This document shows positions 40,337-52,452 of a stretch of 64,000 bases of DNA, piece after piece. The notes beneath the pieces are model-generated. The model had not been told where the DNA came from, did not search any database, and was given only the letters and a program-made list of their open reading frames with translations. The first letter of the stretch is position 1. Every line of letters starts with the position of its first letter. The DNA is from Eledone cirrhosa (lineage: Eukaryota), in NCBI GenBank assembly GCA_964016885.1, contig OZ024746.1:81158001-81222000 (forward strand), in the 5' to 3' direction. Position numbers and translations under genes: made by a program.

Positions 40337-42500
40337 ATGTGTGTGTGTGTGTGGAGGGTGTGTGTGTGTGGAGGGTGTGTGTATGTGGAGGGTGTGTGCG
40401 TGGAGGGTGTGTGTATGTAGAGGGTGTGTGTATGTAGAGGGTGTGTGTATGTGGAGGGTGTGTGTATGTAGAGGGTGTGTGTATGTGGAGGGTATGTGTA
40501 TGTAGAGGGTGTGTGTGTGTGGAGGGTGTGTGTATGTAGAGGGTGTGTGTATGTAGAGGGTGTGTGTATGTGGAGGGTGTGTGTATGTAGAGGGTGTGTG
40601 TATGTGGAGGGTGTGTGTATGTAGAGGGTGTGTGTATGTGTGCGCGCGTGTGTGTATGTGGAGAGTGTGTGTATGTGGAGGGTGTGTGTATGTGGAGGGT
40701 GTGTGTGTGTGGAGGGTGTGTGTATGTGGAGGGTGTGTGTATGTAGAGGGTGTGTGTGTGTGGAGGGTGTGTGTATGTAGAGGGTGTGTGTATGTGGAGG
40801 GTGTGTGTATGTAGAGGCTTTGTGTGTGTGGAGGGTGTGTGTATGTGGAGGGTGTGTGTATGTGGAGGGTGTGTGTATGTGTGTGCGCGTGTGTGTATGT
40901 GGAGAGTGTGTGTATGTGTGCGCGCGTGTGTGTATGTGGAGAGTGTGTGTATGTGGAGGGTGTGTGTATGTAGAGGGTGTGTGTATGTGGAGGGTGTGTG
41001 TATGTAGAGGCTTTGTGTGTGTGGAGGGTGTCTGTATGTGGAGGGTGTGTGTATGTGGAGGGCGTGTGTATGTGTGTGCGCGTGTGTGTATGTGGAGGGT
41101 GTGTGTATGTGTGCGCGCGTGTGTGTATGTGGAGAGTGTGTGTATGTGGAGGGTGTGTGTATGTGGAGGTGTGTGTATGTGGAGGGTGTGTGTATGTAGA
41201 CGCTTTGTGTGTGTGGAGGGTGTGTGTATGTGGAGGGTGTGTGTATGTGGAGGGTGTGTGTATGTGTGTGCGCGTGTGTGTATGTGGAGGGTGTGTGTAT
41301 GTGTGTGTGTGTGTATGTGGAGGGTGTGTGTATGTGGAGAGTGTGTGTATGTGTGTGTGTGTGCATGTAGAGGGTGTGTGTATGTGGAGAGTGTGTGTAT
41401 GTGGAGGGTGTGTGTATGTGGAGGGTGTGTGTATGTAGAGGGTGTGTGTATGTGGAGGGTGTGTGTATGTGTGCGCGCGTGTGTGTATGTGGAGAGTGTG
41501 TGTATGTGGAGGGTGTGTGTATGTGGAGGGTGTGTGTATGTGGAAGGTGTGTGTATGTGTGCGCGCGTGTGTGTATGTGGAGGGTGTGTGTATGTGGAGG
41601 GTGTGTGTATGTGTGTATGTGTGTGTGTGTGTATGTGGAGGGTGTGTGTATGTGGAGGGTGTGTGTATGTGGAGGGTGTGTGTATGTGGAGGGTGTGTGT
41701 ATGTGGAGGGTGTGTGTATGTGGAGGGTGTGTGTATGTGTATGTGTGTGTATGTGGAGGGTGTGTGTATGTGGAGAGTGTGTGTATGTGTGTGTGTGTGT
41801 ATGTGGAGGGTGTGTGTATGTGGAGGGTGTGTGTATGTGGAGGGTGTGTGTATGTGGAGGGTGTGTGTATGTGTGTGTGTGTGTATGTGGAGGGTGTGTG
41901 TATGTGGAGGGTGTGTGTATGTGGAGGGTGTGTGTATGTAGAGGGTGTGTGTATGTGGAGGGTGTGTGTATGTGTGCGCGCGTGTGTGTATGTGGAGAGT
42001 GTGTGTATGTGGAGGGTGTGTGTATGTGGAGGGTGTGTGTATGTGGAGGGTGTGTGTGTGTGGAGGGTGTGTGTATGTGGAGGGTGTGTGTATGTGGAGG
42101 GTGTGTGTGTGTGGAGGGTGTGTGTATGTGTGTGTGTGTGTGTATGTGGAGGGTGTGTGTATGTGGAGAGTGTGTGTATGTGGAGGGTGTGTGTGTGTGG
42201 AGGGTGTGTGTATGTAGAGGGGGTGTGTATGTGGAGGGTGTGTGTATGTGGAGGGTGTGTGTATGTGGAGGGTGTGTGTATGTGGAGGGTGTGTGTATGT
42301 GGAGGGTGTGTGTATGTGTGTGTGTATGTATGTGGAGGGTGTGTGTATGTGGAGAGTGTGTGTATGTGTGTGTGTGTGTATGTGGAGGGTGTGTGTATGT
42401 GGAGAGTGTGTGTATGTGGAGAGTGTGTGTATGTGTGTGTGTGTGTATGTGGAGGGTGTGTGTATGTGGAGAGTGTGTGTATGTGTGTGTGTATGTGTGT
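40337..42500. repeat. 17-bp minisatellite (GGTGTGTGTATGTGGAG)n derived from (GT)n
   Basis: Period 17, seen directly and from the 17-aa (51-nt) translated periodicity. Confidence 0.95.
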
Positions 42501-42509
42501 AAAAATAAC

Positions 42510-43210
42510 TGCAATGACGATGACGATGAAAATGATGATAGTAATGAGGTTGAGAATGTTAACGACCATGATGATGATGAGTATGACTGTGATGATGATG
42601 GTGATGATGGTGGTAGCCGTGGTAATCGTGGTAGCCGTGATGATGGTGATGATGATGGTGGTAGCCATGGTAGTCGTAGTAGTCGTGGTTGTCATGGTAG
42701 CCGTGGTAGTCGTGGTAGTCATGGTAGTCGTGATGATGATGGCGATGATGGTGATGGTAGCCGTGGTAGTCATGGTAGTCGTGATGATGATGGCCATGGT
42801 GGTGATGGTAGCCGTGGTAGTCGTGCTGGTCGTGATGATGATGGCGATGATGGTGATGGTAGCCGTGGTAGTCATGGTAGTCGTGATGATGATGGCGATG
42901 GTGGTGATGGTAGCCGTGGTAGTCGTGGTGGTCGTGGTAGTCGTGATGATGATGGCGATGATGGTGATGGTAGCCGTGGTAGTCGTGGTGGTCGTGATGA
43001 TGATGGCGATGATGGTGATGGTAGCCGTGGTAGTCGTGCTGGTCGTGATGATGATGGCGATGATGGTGATGGTAGCCGTGGTAGTCGTGGTAGTCGTGGT
43101 AGTCGTGGTAGTCGTGGTAGTCGTGATGATGATGGCGATGATAAAGAAGGAGGAAGATGATGAAGGTAACGATAATATTAACGATTAGGATAATGATGAT
43201 GATGATGAAC
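42510..43210. repeat. Trinucleotide-based GAT/GGT/CGT compound repeat with ~45-54 bp higher-order units
   Basis: Recurrent gtagccgtggtagtcgt..gatgatgatggcgatgatggtgatg blocks. Confidence 0.9.
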
Positions 43211-43857
43211 TCCAAGTCATGGTGGTGGTGGTTGTAAAAGAAACCCCACATGTACCTAAAACATGCAAAAAACAACAACAAAAACAAAACAAAACAAAAT
43301 ATAAAAAGAACCAAAATAAATTAAAAAAACAACAACCAAAGAAAAAAAATCTTAAACTTAGAAGTCAACTGAGTAAAACAACCATATTTAGTAAGAGTTA
43401 GTTAGTTCTGATGAGGCAAATCCTCTGTTACGTGGCCCTTCTACATTGAACTCCCTAGAGGAAACATCTGGCATTGATAATGGTATCTGCTGAAATTAAA
43501 TGCAAAGTTGTGTCAGATATTTGGTTCTGGAATTTTAAAGAAAAGAACTAGCCGACTCCGCCTTCTCTTTAAAGTTGACAAAGAAAATTTCAGGTAAAAG
43601 AAAATAGAAAACATAATAAAAAAATTTAATATACTAAAATAAATGCTTACGTAAACTCGAAATACGAAACTATGGTGTAGAATAAACAAATAAATATGTT
43701 TAGAAAATGAAATTTTTGACGAGTGAGAAGAAAAGTAAGACAGAAAAAATATTTAGAAATTGCATTAAAAAAGAGGAAAAAAAGTAAATGGATAGAAAAG
43801 GAATTAAATCAAAGAGAGAAGTTTAGAATGCGTATAAATGTATAGATGTTTCTACAC

Positions 43858-43974
<117 letters not shown>

Positions 43975-45609
43975 TATATTTACATATATATATTTACATA
44001 TATTTACATTTTTGTTCATGCTGAGTGGACTGGAGCAATGTGAAATATAGTGTCTTACACAAGGATACAATGTATGTATATATGTCCGTGAAACATATAT
44101 ACATATACACAAGGTCCGAACACAAAAGAACCAAACTCCCACTATCACTGTCTCTCTGTCTCTCCCCATCTCTCATATACACAAGGTCCCAACACAGAGG
44201 AACCAAACCCCCACTGTCACTGCCTCCGTCTCTATCGTTCTCCCCATTAGGGGAAATTGGGATGGGGTACAGGAAGCAAATGCAGAAAGTTCCTTCCCAA
44301 GGTACAAGCCTGAGGAAGAGGGTTTTGTGGAAGACCAGTGGTCACCTTTGCATGCCAGTCTCCCCTCTTCACACCACTGTTATTGTCCAAAAGAGAAAGG
44401 CAAGGTTAATACAGCTTGGCACCAATGACGTCACAACTCACTTTTTTGTTCATGCTGAGTGGACTGGAGCAATGTGAAATATAGTGCCTTACATAAGGAT
44501 ACAATGCATCACCTGGTACAGGAATCGAACTCATGACCTTACAATCTCGGGCCCAACATACCTAAGTCACATACGTTCCCCATTTAATATTAGTATCTTT
44601 AAAATCAAAACTTAGGAAAATAATAAGGGGTAAATCTATTAAACTCGGTGCAAATAAGGATGAATAATTTTCCAATTTAAACTCAAGTTCCCTAAAGGAA
44701 TCCTTAAACGTCCTCTGGTATCTTGATATTCTCCCATCGGGAATATATTTCCCCTATGTTAAGAATAATTGCTCTAGACAGTGATATGACTTCGACTGGG
44801 AAACTGTGATTTACAATATGGAAATAAATAATATAGACTGGAAATTGAAATTTTTGAAAAAATAAGGAAAAGAAATGGAAAGAAAAGGGAAAAAGAAAAA
44901 AAAATGAAATAACATAAACATAAGAATGTTGTTTTTCAGTGGTGTTAGGGGAATAAAAGTAGGAACGGGTGTTGTGGAATCAACCATAATTACAAACTAT
45001 GTCTCTGAGGAAAAAAAAAAAGAAAACACGCGTGCATACACAAGAAAACACGCGCGTGCCAACACATAGGAATACATACGTAAGGTTGCTGATAGAGAAA
45101 ATCAAATATATTCATACACCAGCACACGTCTATTGTATGTATGTATGTATGTATGTATGTATGTATGTATGTATGTATGTATGTATGTATGTATGTATGT
45201 ATGTACGTACATATGTATGTATGTATGTATGTATGTTAATATTAGTATCTTTAAAATCAAAACTTAGGAAAATAATAAGGGGTAAATCTATTAAAGTCGG
45301 TGCAAATAAGGATGAATAATTTTCCAATTTAAACTCAAGTTCCTTAGAGGAATCCTTAAACGTCCTCTGGTTTCTTGGTGAGGAGGGTGACTTTGGACAT
45401 CCTGCAGGACTAACAAAGCCTGTCAAAGGGCAAAGGAGCTCTTAAGAATCAATGGCCATCCAAAATCACCGGGAGAGATGACCCCTTAGCCTTTGTCAAG
45501 GCAGAATTCTAGAAGGAAAATTCTGATATAACACCTGCAACCCTAATGGTATCCAATGATGTTGACATGTTCTTCTTTTTGGTAAATATCATCTTGGTTA
45601 AGAGAGTGG

Positions 45610-45900
45610 GACTGGCTTTGTGCAGTGCCTTTGCTCACTATAAAAGCTTCAAGGCACAGGCATTGCTTTATATCTGGAGATGTCTCTGCACTTGTCGCCA
45701 CATGGTACCAAGGGCCCAGCACTATGTGTCAATAATTGTCACAAGTGTAGTGTTTGTACCAGAGTTTTTAAGTCGCTGGCTGGACTAAAAAGTCTCACTC
45801 GTTCAGCGCATCGGTAGGGGTTCTCCTACATGGATATAAAGTAGTGGCCGTACTCGAAAACAAGTTGGCAGCCGCCATGTATGTATGTATGTATGTATGT
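45610..45900 (+). mobile_element. RTE (BovB-like) LINE 3' end with terminal C2H2 finger and (TATG)n tail
   Basis: HKCSVCTRVFKSLAGLKS(L)TRSAHR*, short UTR, then (TATG)n. Second copy at 53900-54170. Confidence 0.65.
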
Positions 45901-45928
45901 ACGTATGTATCTCTCTTTCTTTCTACAT

Positions 45929-45994
<66 letters not shown>

Positions 45995-45996
45995 TG

Positions 45997-46115
45997 GAGG
46001 CGCGTGGCTGAGTGGTTGGAGAATTGGATTCACAATCGTGAGATCGTGAGTTCGATTCCCGAACCGGGCAATGCGTTATGTCCTTGAGCAAGACACTTTA
46101 TTTCACGTTGCTCCT
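45997..46115 (+). mobile_element. tRNA-derived SINE head (CORE-like domain)
   Basis: A box TGGCTGAGTGG, B box GTTCGATTCC, then TGTCCTTGAGCAAGACACTT. Confidence 0.75.
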
Positions 46116-46226
46116 TCTACCTGGAGTTGCGACCGATAGATAGTACTAGCAATTGGAAAGACCAATGGAGACATTGTTTCCTCGTCCGATTTGACGAAAG
46201 TCGATCGACTGTCGATATATATATAC

Positions 46227-46297
<71 letters not shown>

Positions 46298-46329
46298 TAG
46301 GATTGGTGCTCTGAAATAGCGATGTATAC

Positions 46330-46522
46330 ATGAATGTATGTATAGTATATTTGGCAATAGACTGTATGTTTAATTTAAAACATTTAGAAGTCCATACGCT
46401 ATCAGTTTTAAATTTAAAGTAGTGACTATGTCACACTACTTTAAAATTGATAGCGTAAGGTCTTCTAAATGTTTTTAATTAAACATACAGTCTATTGCCA
46501 AATATACTATACATACATTCAT
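46330..46522. repeat. Imperfect ~190-bp foldback palindrome
   Basis: atgaatgtatgtatagtatatttggcaatagactgtatgttt... mirrored around ~46428. Confidence 0.85.
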
Positions 46523-46542
46523 ATACATATATATATATATAT

Positions 46543-46698
46543 ATATTTATTAAAATAACAGATTAAAGTTTAAGCAAAGAATCGCTGCTTTCACCCTTAA
46601 CGGGATCTTCTGAAACTAAGGTTAGTTTCAGAAGATCCCGTTAAGGGTGAAAGCAGCGATTCTTTGCTTAAACTTTAATCTGTTATTTTAATAAATAT
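46543..46698. repeat. Perfect 77-bp-arm palindrome (2-nt spacer)
   Basis: 46543-46619 is the exact reverse complement of 46622-46698. Confidence 0.95.
46624..46674 (+). ncRNA. Type-I hammerhead ribozyme-like motif, U4A core variant (mirror copy on - strand 46567-46617)
   Basis: agttt-CAGAAGA-t ccc gttaa ggg t-GAAA-gca gcgattctt tgc-TT-aaact. Stems I, II and III all pair. Confidence 0.6.
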
Positions 46699-46783
46699 TT
46701 GCTCTACAGTTCTTATATATTTGATATATATTTTCCTTATCGAGCCCTCTTTGGATTTTAGTCTTCAATTTTATTATTATTAC

Positions 46784-46887
<104 letters not shown>

Positions 46888-47057
46888 GTATTCCACGTGG
46901 TTATGGTGGAATTGGTAACGCTGTTAGAGCTTATGTCCTTGGAAAGGTCGATGCAGTGCGATTAGGAGGTGTGGTCAGTAGTTTTTTGTAGTAGGTGACC
47001 CCTGCTTACGGTTTCTTCGAAGACGAATCCGCCCAGGTTACAGTGTCATTTATATAA

Positions 47058-47403
47058 GTGTGTGTGTATAGAACAATGTGTGTGTGTGTATAGAACAATG
47101 TGTGTGTGTATATAGAACAATGTGTGTGTGTGTATAGAACAATGTGTGTGTGTATATAGAACAATGTGTGTGTGTGTATAGAACAATGTGTGTGTATAGA
47201 ACAATGTGTGTGTGTGTATAGAACAATATGTGTGTGTATATAGAACAATGTGTGTGTGTGTATAGAACAATGTGTGTGTGTATATAGAACAATGTGTGTG
47301 TGTGTATAGAACAATGTGTGTGTGTATATAGAACAATGTGTGTGTGTATATAGAACAATGTGTGTGTGTGTGTAGAACAATGTGTGTGTGTGTGTAGAAC
47401 AAT
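47058..47403. repeat. ~20-bp minisatellite (TGTGTGTGTGTATAGAACAA)n
   Basis: About 17 units, seen directly. Confidence 0.9.
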
Positions 47404-47541
47404 GAAAACAAGACTGAAGTCAGAGGTAGGTAGTTTAATTAGTTCATGGTGTTACTGTCGCTTCAGAGGCTTGTAACCACTACCATACTACTCGATATAT
47501 CGATCTTCCAGGATCAATCGACCATCTGAAACGATTGTAAA

Positions 47542-47543
47542 AT

Positions 47544-47577
<34 letters not shown>

Positions 47578-47581
47578 ATAT

Positions 47582-47646
<65 letters not shown>

Positions 47647-47729
47647 CATATATATACATACATACATACATATATTTATACATATATATATACATATATA
47701 TATATACATATATATATATATATGTATAT

Positions 47730-47764
<35 letters not shown>

Positions 47765-47765
47765 C

Positions 47766-47812
<47 letters not shown>

Positions 47813-47906
47813 CATACATGTATATATATACATACATATATATATATATACATATATATATATACATACATGTATATATATACATATATATATATATATA
47901 TTTATT

Positions 47907-47992
<86 letters not shown>

Positions 47993-48136
47993 TATATATG
48001 CGCTTCCTGAAGATTTCATCTGAATGAAACAGTACTAGTCCTGTAGAAGCTCCTTCTATAAAATATAAAAAGATTTTACTCTGCAATGTATTGAGTACCT
48101 TACTTACTGTGGTTATCCCCGACTCAACCCGGGATC

Positions 48137-48180
<44 letters not shown>

Positions 48181-48195
48181 CATACATATATACAC

Positions 48196-48228
<33 letters not shown>

Positions 48229-48244
48229 CATATATATATACACA

Positions 48245-48278
<34 letters not shown>

Positions 48279-48339
48279 CACATATATATATACACATATA
48301 TATACATATATACATATACACATATATATATATACACAC

Positions 48340-48374
<35 letters not shown>

Positions 48375-49148
48375 CACACACATATATATATATATACACA
48401 TATATATATATACACATATATACACGTATACATATATATATACACATATATATACATATATATATACACATATACATATATATATATACATATATATATA
48501 TACATATATACATATATATACACATATACATATATATATACATATATATATATATATACATATATACATATATACATATATATACACATATACATATATA
48601 TATATACATATATATATACATATATACATATATACATATATATACACATATACATATATATATATACATATATATATATATACATATATACATATATATA
48701 CACATACATATATATACATATATATATATATATATACATATATACATATATGTACACATATACATATATATATATACATATATACATATATATACACATA
48801 TACATATATACATATATGTACACATATATACACATATACTTATATATATATACATATATATATACATATATACATATATATACACATATACATATATATA
48901 TATACATATATATATACATATATACATATATACATATATATACACATATACATATATATATACATATATATACACATATACATATATAAACATATACATA
49001 TATACATATATACATATATGTACACATATACATATATATATATACATATATACATATATATACACATATACATATATACATATATGTACACATATACATA
49101 TATATATATACATATATACATATATATACACATATACATATATATATG

Positions 49149-49182
<34 letters not shown>

Positions 49183-49209
49183 TATATACATATATACATA
49201 TATATACAC

Positions 49210-49246
<37 letters not shown>

Positions 49247-49347
49247 CATATATACATATATACATATATATACACATATACATATATATACACATATACA
49301 TATATATATACATATATACATATATATACACATATACATATAAATAT

Positions 49348-49416
<69 letters not shown>

Positions 49417-49470
49417 TACATATATATACACATATACATATATATATACATATATATATATATATGTGTG

Positions 49471-49500
<30 letters not shown>
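47542..49500. repeat. Long degenerate (TA)n/(TACA)n microsatellite field (interrupted at 48001-48137)
   Basis: Direct inspection. Confidence 0.95.
48002..48050 (+). ncRNA. Type-I hammerhead ribozyme (Penelope-associated type)
   Basis: gcttc-CTGAAGA-t ttca tc tgaa t-GAAA-cag tactagtc ctg-TA-gaagc. Intact core, perfect stems I and III, predicted GUA cleavage after 48045. Confidence 0.75.
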
Positions 49501-49502
<2 letters not shown>

Positions 49503-49626
49503 CATACATGCACACATATATATATGCACGTATGGATTCACCGAACATTTATTATAATGCTCGGTGTGTTTGTAAACAAACATCCCGTATTAAGCCGTAG
49601 TGTCTAGCAACCACCGTTGCTCATTT

Positions 49627-49713
49627 TTTCAACACTGACAAAGGAACGCTGTACTAGTTTCAAGCTTGTTAGCTATCGTCAGCAACGTATACCTTCCTGC
49701 CAGATTGTTGAAC
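49627..49713 (-). ncRNA. Type-I hammerhead ribozyme (inverted unit of 422-bp repeat)
   Basis: Reverse complement of 49920-50006; predicted cleavage between 49652 and 49651. Confidence 0.8.
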
Positions 49714-49870
49714 GTATATACTTACCTTATGCATATCAACGGCTGAGTAGCCCAATTTGCATATCGAGTGGGTTAATCGGCCGGGTGCACCGAAAACGAT
49801 AAACGGAAAAAATGTTTCATATTTTTCCGTTTATCGTTTTCGGTGCACCCGGCCGATTAACCCACTCGAT

Positions 49871-49878
49871 ATGCAAAT
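49871..49878 (+). promoter_or_regulatory. Octamer motif ATGCAAAT (one upstream of each ribozyme in the 422-bp repeat)
   Basis: Perfect octamer, conserved with the 466-bp family. Function is inferred only. Confidence 0.4.
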
Positions 49879-49919
49879 TGGGCTACTCAGCCGTTGATAT
49901 GCATAAGGTAAGTATATAC

Positions 49920-50006
49920 GTTCAACAATCTGGCAGGAAGGTATACGTTGCTGACGATAGCTAACAAGCTTGAAACTAGTACAGCGTTCCTTTGTCAGTG
50001 TTGAAC
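49920..50006 (+). ncRNA. Type-I hammerhead ribozyme, minimal palindromic stem III
   Basis: acgttg-CTGACGA-t agc taacaa gct t-GAAA-ctag-TA-cagcgt. Extended stem I gttcaac/gttgaac, ctggc/gtcag, gaagg/ccttt. GUA cleavage after 49981. Confidence 0.85.
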
Positions 50007-50341
50007 AAATGAGCAACGGTGGTTGCTAGACACTACGGCTTAATACGGGATGTTTGTTTACAAATACACCGAGCATTATAATAAATGTTCGGTGAATCCA
50101 TACGTGCATATATATATGTGTGCATGTATGTATATATATATATACATACTACTGTACGTCGGTATACATATATGTATGTACGTGTACATACTTATATTTA
50201 AGTAACAGCCGTACTAAGAGTGGGAAATGAAATATCGTTTCATTTTTTCCGTTTATCGTTTTCGGTGCACCCGGCCGATTAACCCACTCGATATGCAAAT
50301 TGGGCTACTCAGCCGTTGATATGCATAAGGTAAGTATATAC

Positions 50342-50428
50342 GTTCAACAATCAGGCAGGAAGGTATACGTTGCTGACGATAGCTAACAAGCTTGAAACTA
50401 GTACAGCGTTCCTTTGTCAGTGTTGAAC
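50342..50428 (+). ncRNA. Type-I hammerhead ribozyme (second tandem 422-bp unit)
   Basis: Same core as 49920-50006; cleavage after 50403. Confidence 0.85.
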
Positions 50429-50690
50429 AAATGAGCAACGGTGGTTGTTAGACACTACGGCTTAATACGGGATGTTTGTTTACAAACACACCGAGCATTA
50501 TAATAAATGTTCGGTGAATCCATACGTGCATATATATATATGTGTGCATGTATGTATATATATATATACATACTACTGTACGTCGGTATACATATATGTA
50601 TGTACGTGTACATACTTATATTTAAGTAACAGCCGTACTAAGAGTGGGAAATGAAATATCGTTTCATTTTTTCCGTTTATATATATACAC

Positions 50691-50777
<87 letters not shown>

Positions 50778-50825
50778 CATACATATATATATGTATATAT
50801 ATATCTATATATATATATATATACA

Positions 50826-51263
50826 TAACTTTGAAATGTTTTGGCCAGTATTGGCCCAGGTCATGTCTAACTTAATAGCACCACCTGGCGAAGTCTTTCA
50901 ATTCAGGATTTGGGCACCATGGCCCATTCGAGAAGAGAATTACTGTTTGCGGAGACATATCCGGGTGTGGGTGGTTTGTCCGGGATTACTTGGAGGAATT
51001 TGTCCAAAGACTTCTTGAACTTTGTGTGGTCAGTTTCTATTTTGACGTGTCCTGGTGTGATGTTGAAGAGAGCAGGGCCAATTGAGGTGAAATAATTGTG
51101 CTGTACTGCTGTTATGAGTTGCGATTTAGATTTTTGTATGGGACGGATAGCACGGGGCCCAAGCCTTGGGTGTATCTTGAAGGCGATGCCAACATCATTT
51201 GGGCAGTGATGATGGAACATTTTCCACATCATGCAGATAATATAACGCTCACGGCGACGTTGG
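50826..51263 (-). mobile_element. CR1/L2-group LINE 3' fragment embedded in (TA)n
   Basis: Open frame [46 protein letters not shown] typical of CR1-group RT C-termini, plus a short 3' UTR. Confidence 0.8.
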
Positions 51264-51285
51264 ATATATATATAAATATATATAC

Positions 51286-51320
<35 letters not shown>

Positions 51321-51371
51321 CATACATATATATATATATATACATACATATATATATATACATATATATAT

Positions 51372-51410
<39 letters not shown>

Positions 51411-51498
51411 CATATATATATATACATATATATATACATATAAATACAAATATATATACATACATATATATATATATATTCATATATATATATATACC

Positions 51499-51564
<66 letters not shown>

Positions 51565-51601
51565 CATACATATATATATACATATATATATACATACATA
51601 T

Positions 51602-51665
<64 letters not shown>

Positions 51666-51754
51666 CATACATATATATATACATATATATATATACATAT
51701 ATATATACATACATATATATATATATTAGCATACATATATATATATATACATAC

Positions 51755-51867
<113 letters not shown>

Positions 51868-51889
51868 CATACATATATACATATATATA

Positions 51890-51930
<41 letters not shown>

Positions 51931-51934
51931 ATAC

Positions 51935-51965
<31 letters not shown>

Positions 51966-51978
51966 CATATATACATAC

Positions 51979-52009
<31 letters not shown>

Positions 52010-52010
52010 C

Positions 52011-52071
<61 letters not shown>

Positions 52072-52076
<5 letters not shown>

Positions 52077-52284
52077 TTGGGGAGGGTCATATTTGTGTAA
52101 TATTGCTAGAATTAATAACAGAACACACTCACCGTTTGGTTGGTTTTCGCTTTTCGCTTCTGTGTCTTTTATATCGGTAATCTAATTTATTCGGTCCTCA
52201 ATGTTGCCATTGACTGACAAACGGTGAGTGTGTTCAGTTATTAATTCTGGCAATATTACACAAATATGACCCTCCCCAAGTATA
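52072..52284. repeat. ~67-bp inverted repeat pair (foldback element; relative at 24548-24650)
   Basis: tatacttggggagggtcatatttgtgtaatattg...ccgtttg (52072-52138) mirrored at 52218-52284. Confidence 0.85.
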
Positions 52285-52405
52285 ACAATATTTGTTTCGA
52301 CACACGATTTCATATAAAAAAACCTCGTAGGCGAATTGGCAGAGTCGTTAAGACTCGGATAGAATGCTCTACGGTATCCCATTCGCCTGTTTATCACATG
52401 CACAT

Positions 52406-52452
52406 CTGATGACCCTGTGATAAACAGGCGAAAATCCAGTGTAACAAGATTC
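52406..52452 (+). ncRNA. Hammerhead ribozyme-like motif with disrupted stem I
   Basis: CTGATGA-c cctgt gataa acagg c-GAAA-atc...gat-TC. Upstream lies an inverted partial copy (52382-52397); downstream is the GTATTGAGTAC tail shared with 48090. Confidence 0.55.

Larger units (their letters stand above)
49490..50680. repeat. 422-bp hammerhead-containing repeat: one partial inverted unit plus two tandem units (non-LTR retrozyme-like)
   Basis: Direct period of 422 (49920 vs 50342). Inverted arms ~49490-49811 / 49822-50143 around a 10-nt spacer. Flanked by (TA)n. Confidence 0.9.

Noticed and set aside
28227-42514. 4000-4750 aa ORFs (poly-LVIG, poly-LLLV, PITR/TTTR)
   Set aside because: They arise from a satellite that is stop-free in five frames. 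They start or end within SINE or microsatellite sequence, and no signal peptide, domain or convincing splice structure is visible.
40335-43314. His/Thr-, Cys/Val-, Met/Val- and GSRDDD-rich ORFs (superficially like reflectin or biomineral proteins)
   Set aside because: Translations of simple repeats open in several frames on both strands; no unique coding flank.
44583-45370. ~135-bp direct repeat (44583-44718 / 45236-45370) as possible LTRs
   Set aside because: No TG..CA ends, PBS, PPT or TSD; more likely duplicated retroelement fragments.
45997-46070. tRNA gene
   Set aside because: Has A and B boxes but no proper acceptor stem, and continues into a SINE core.
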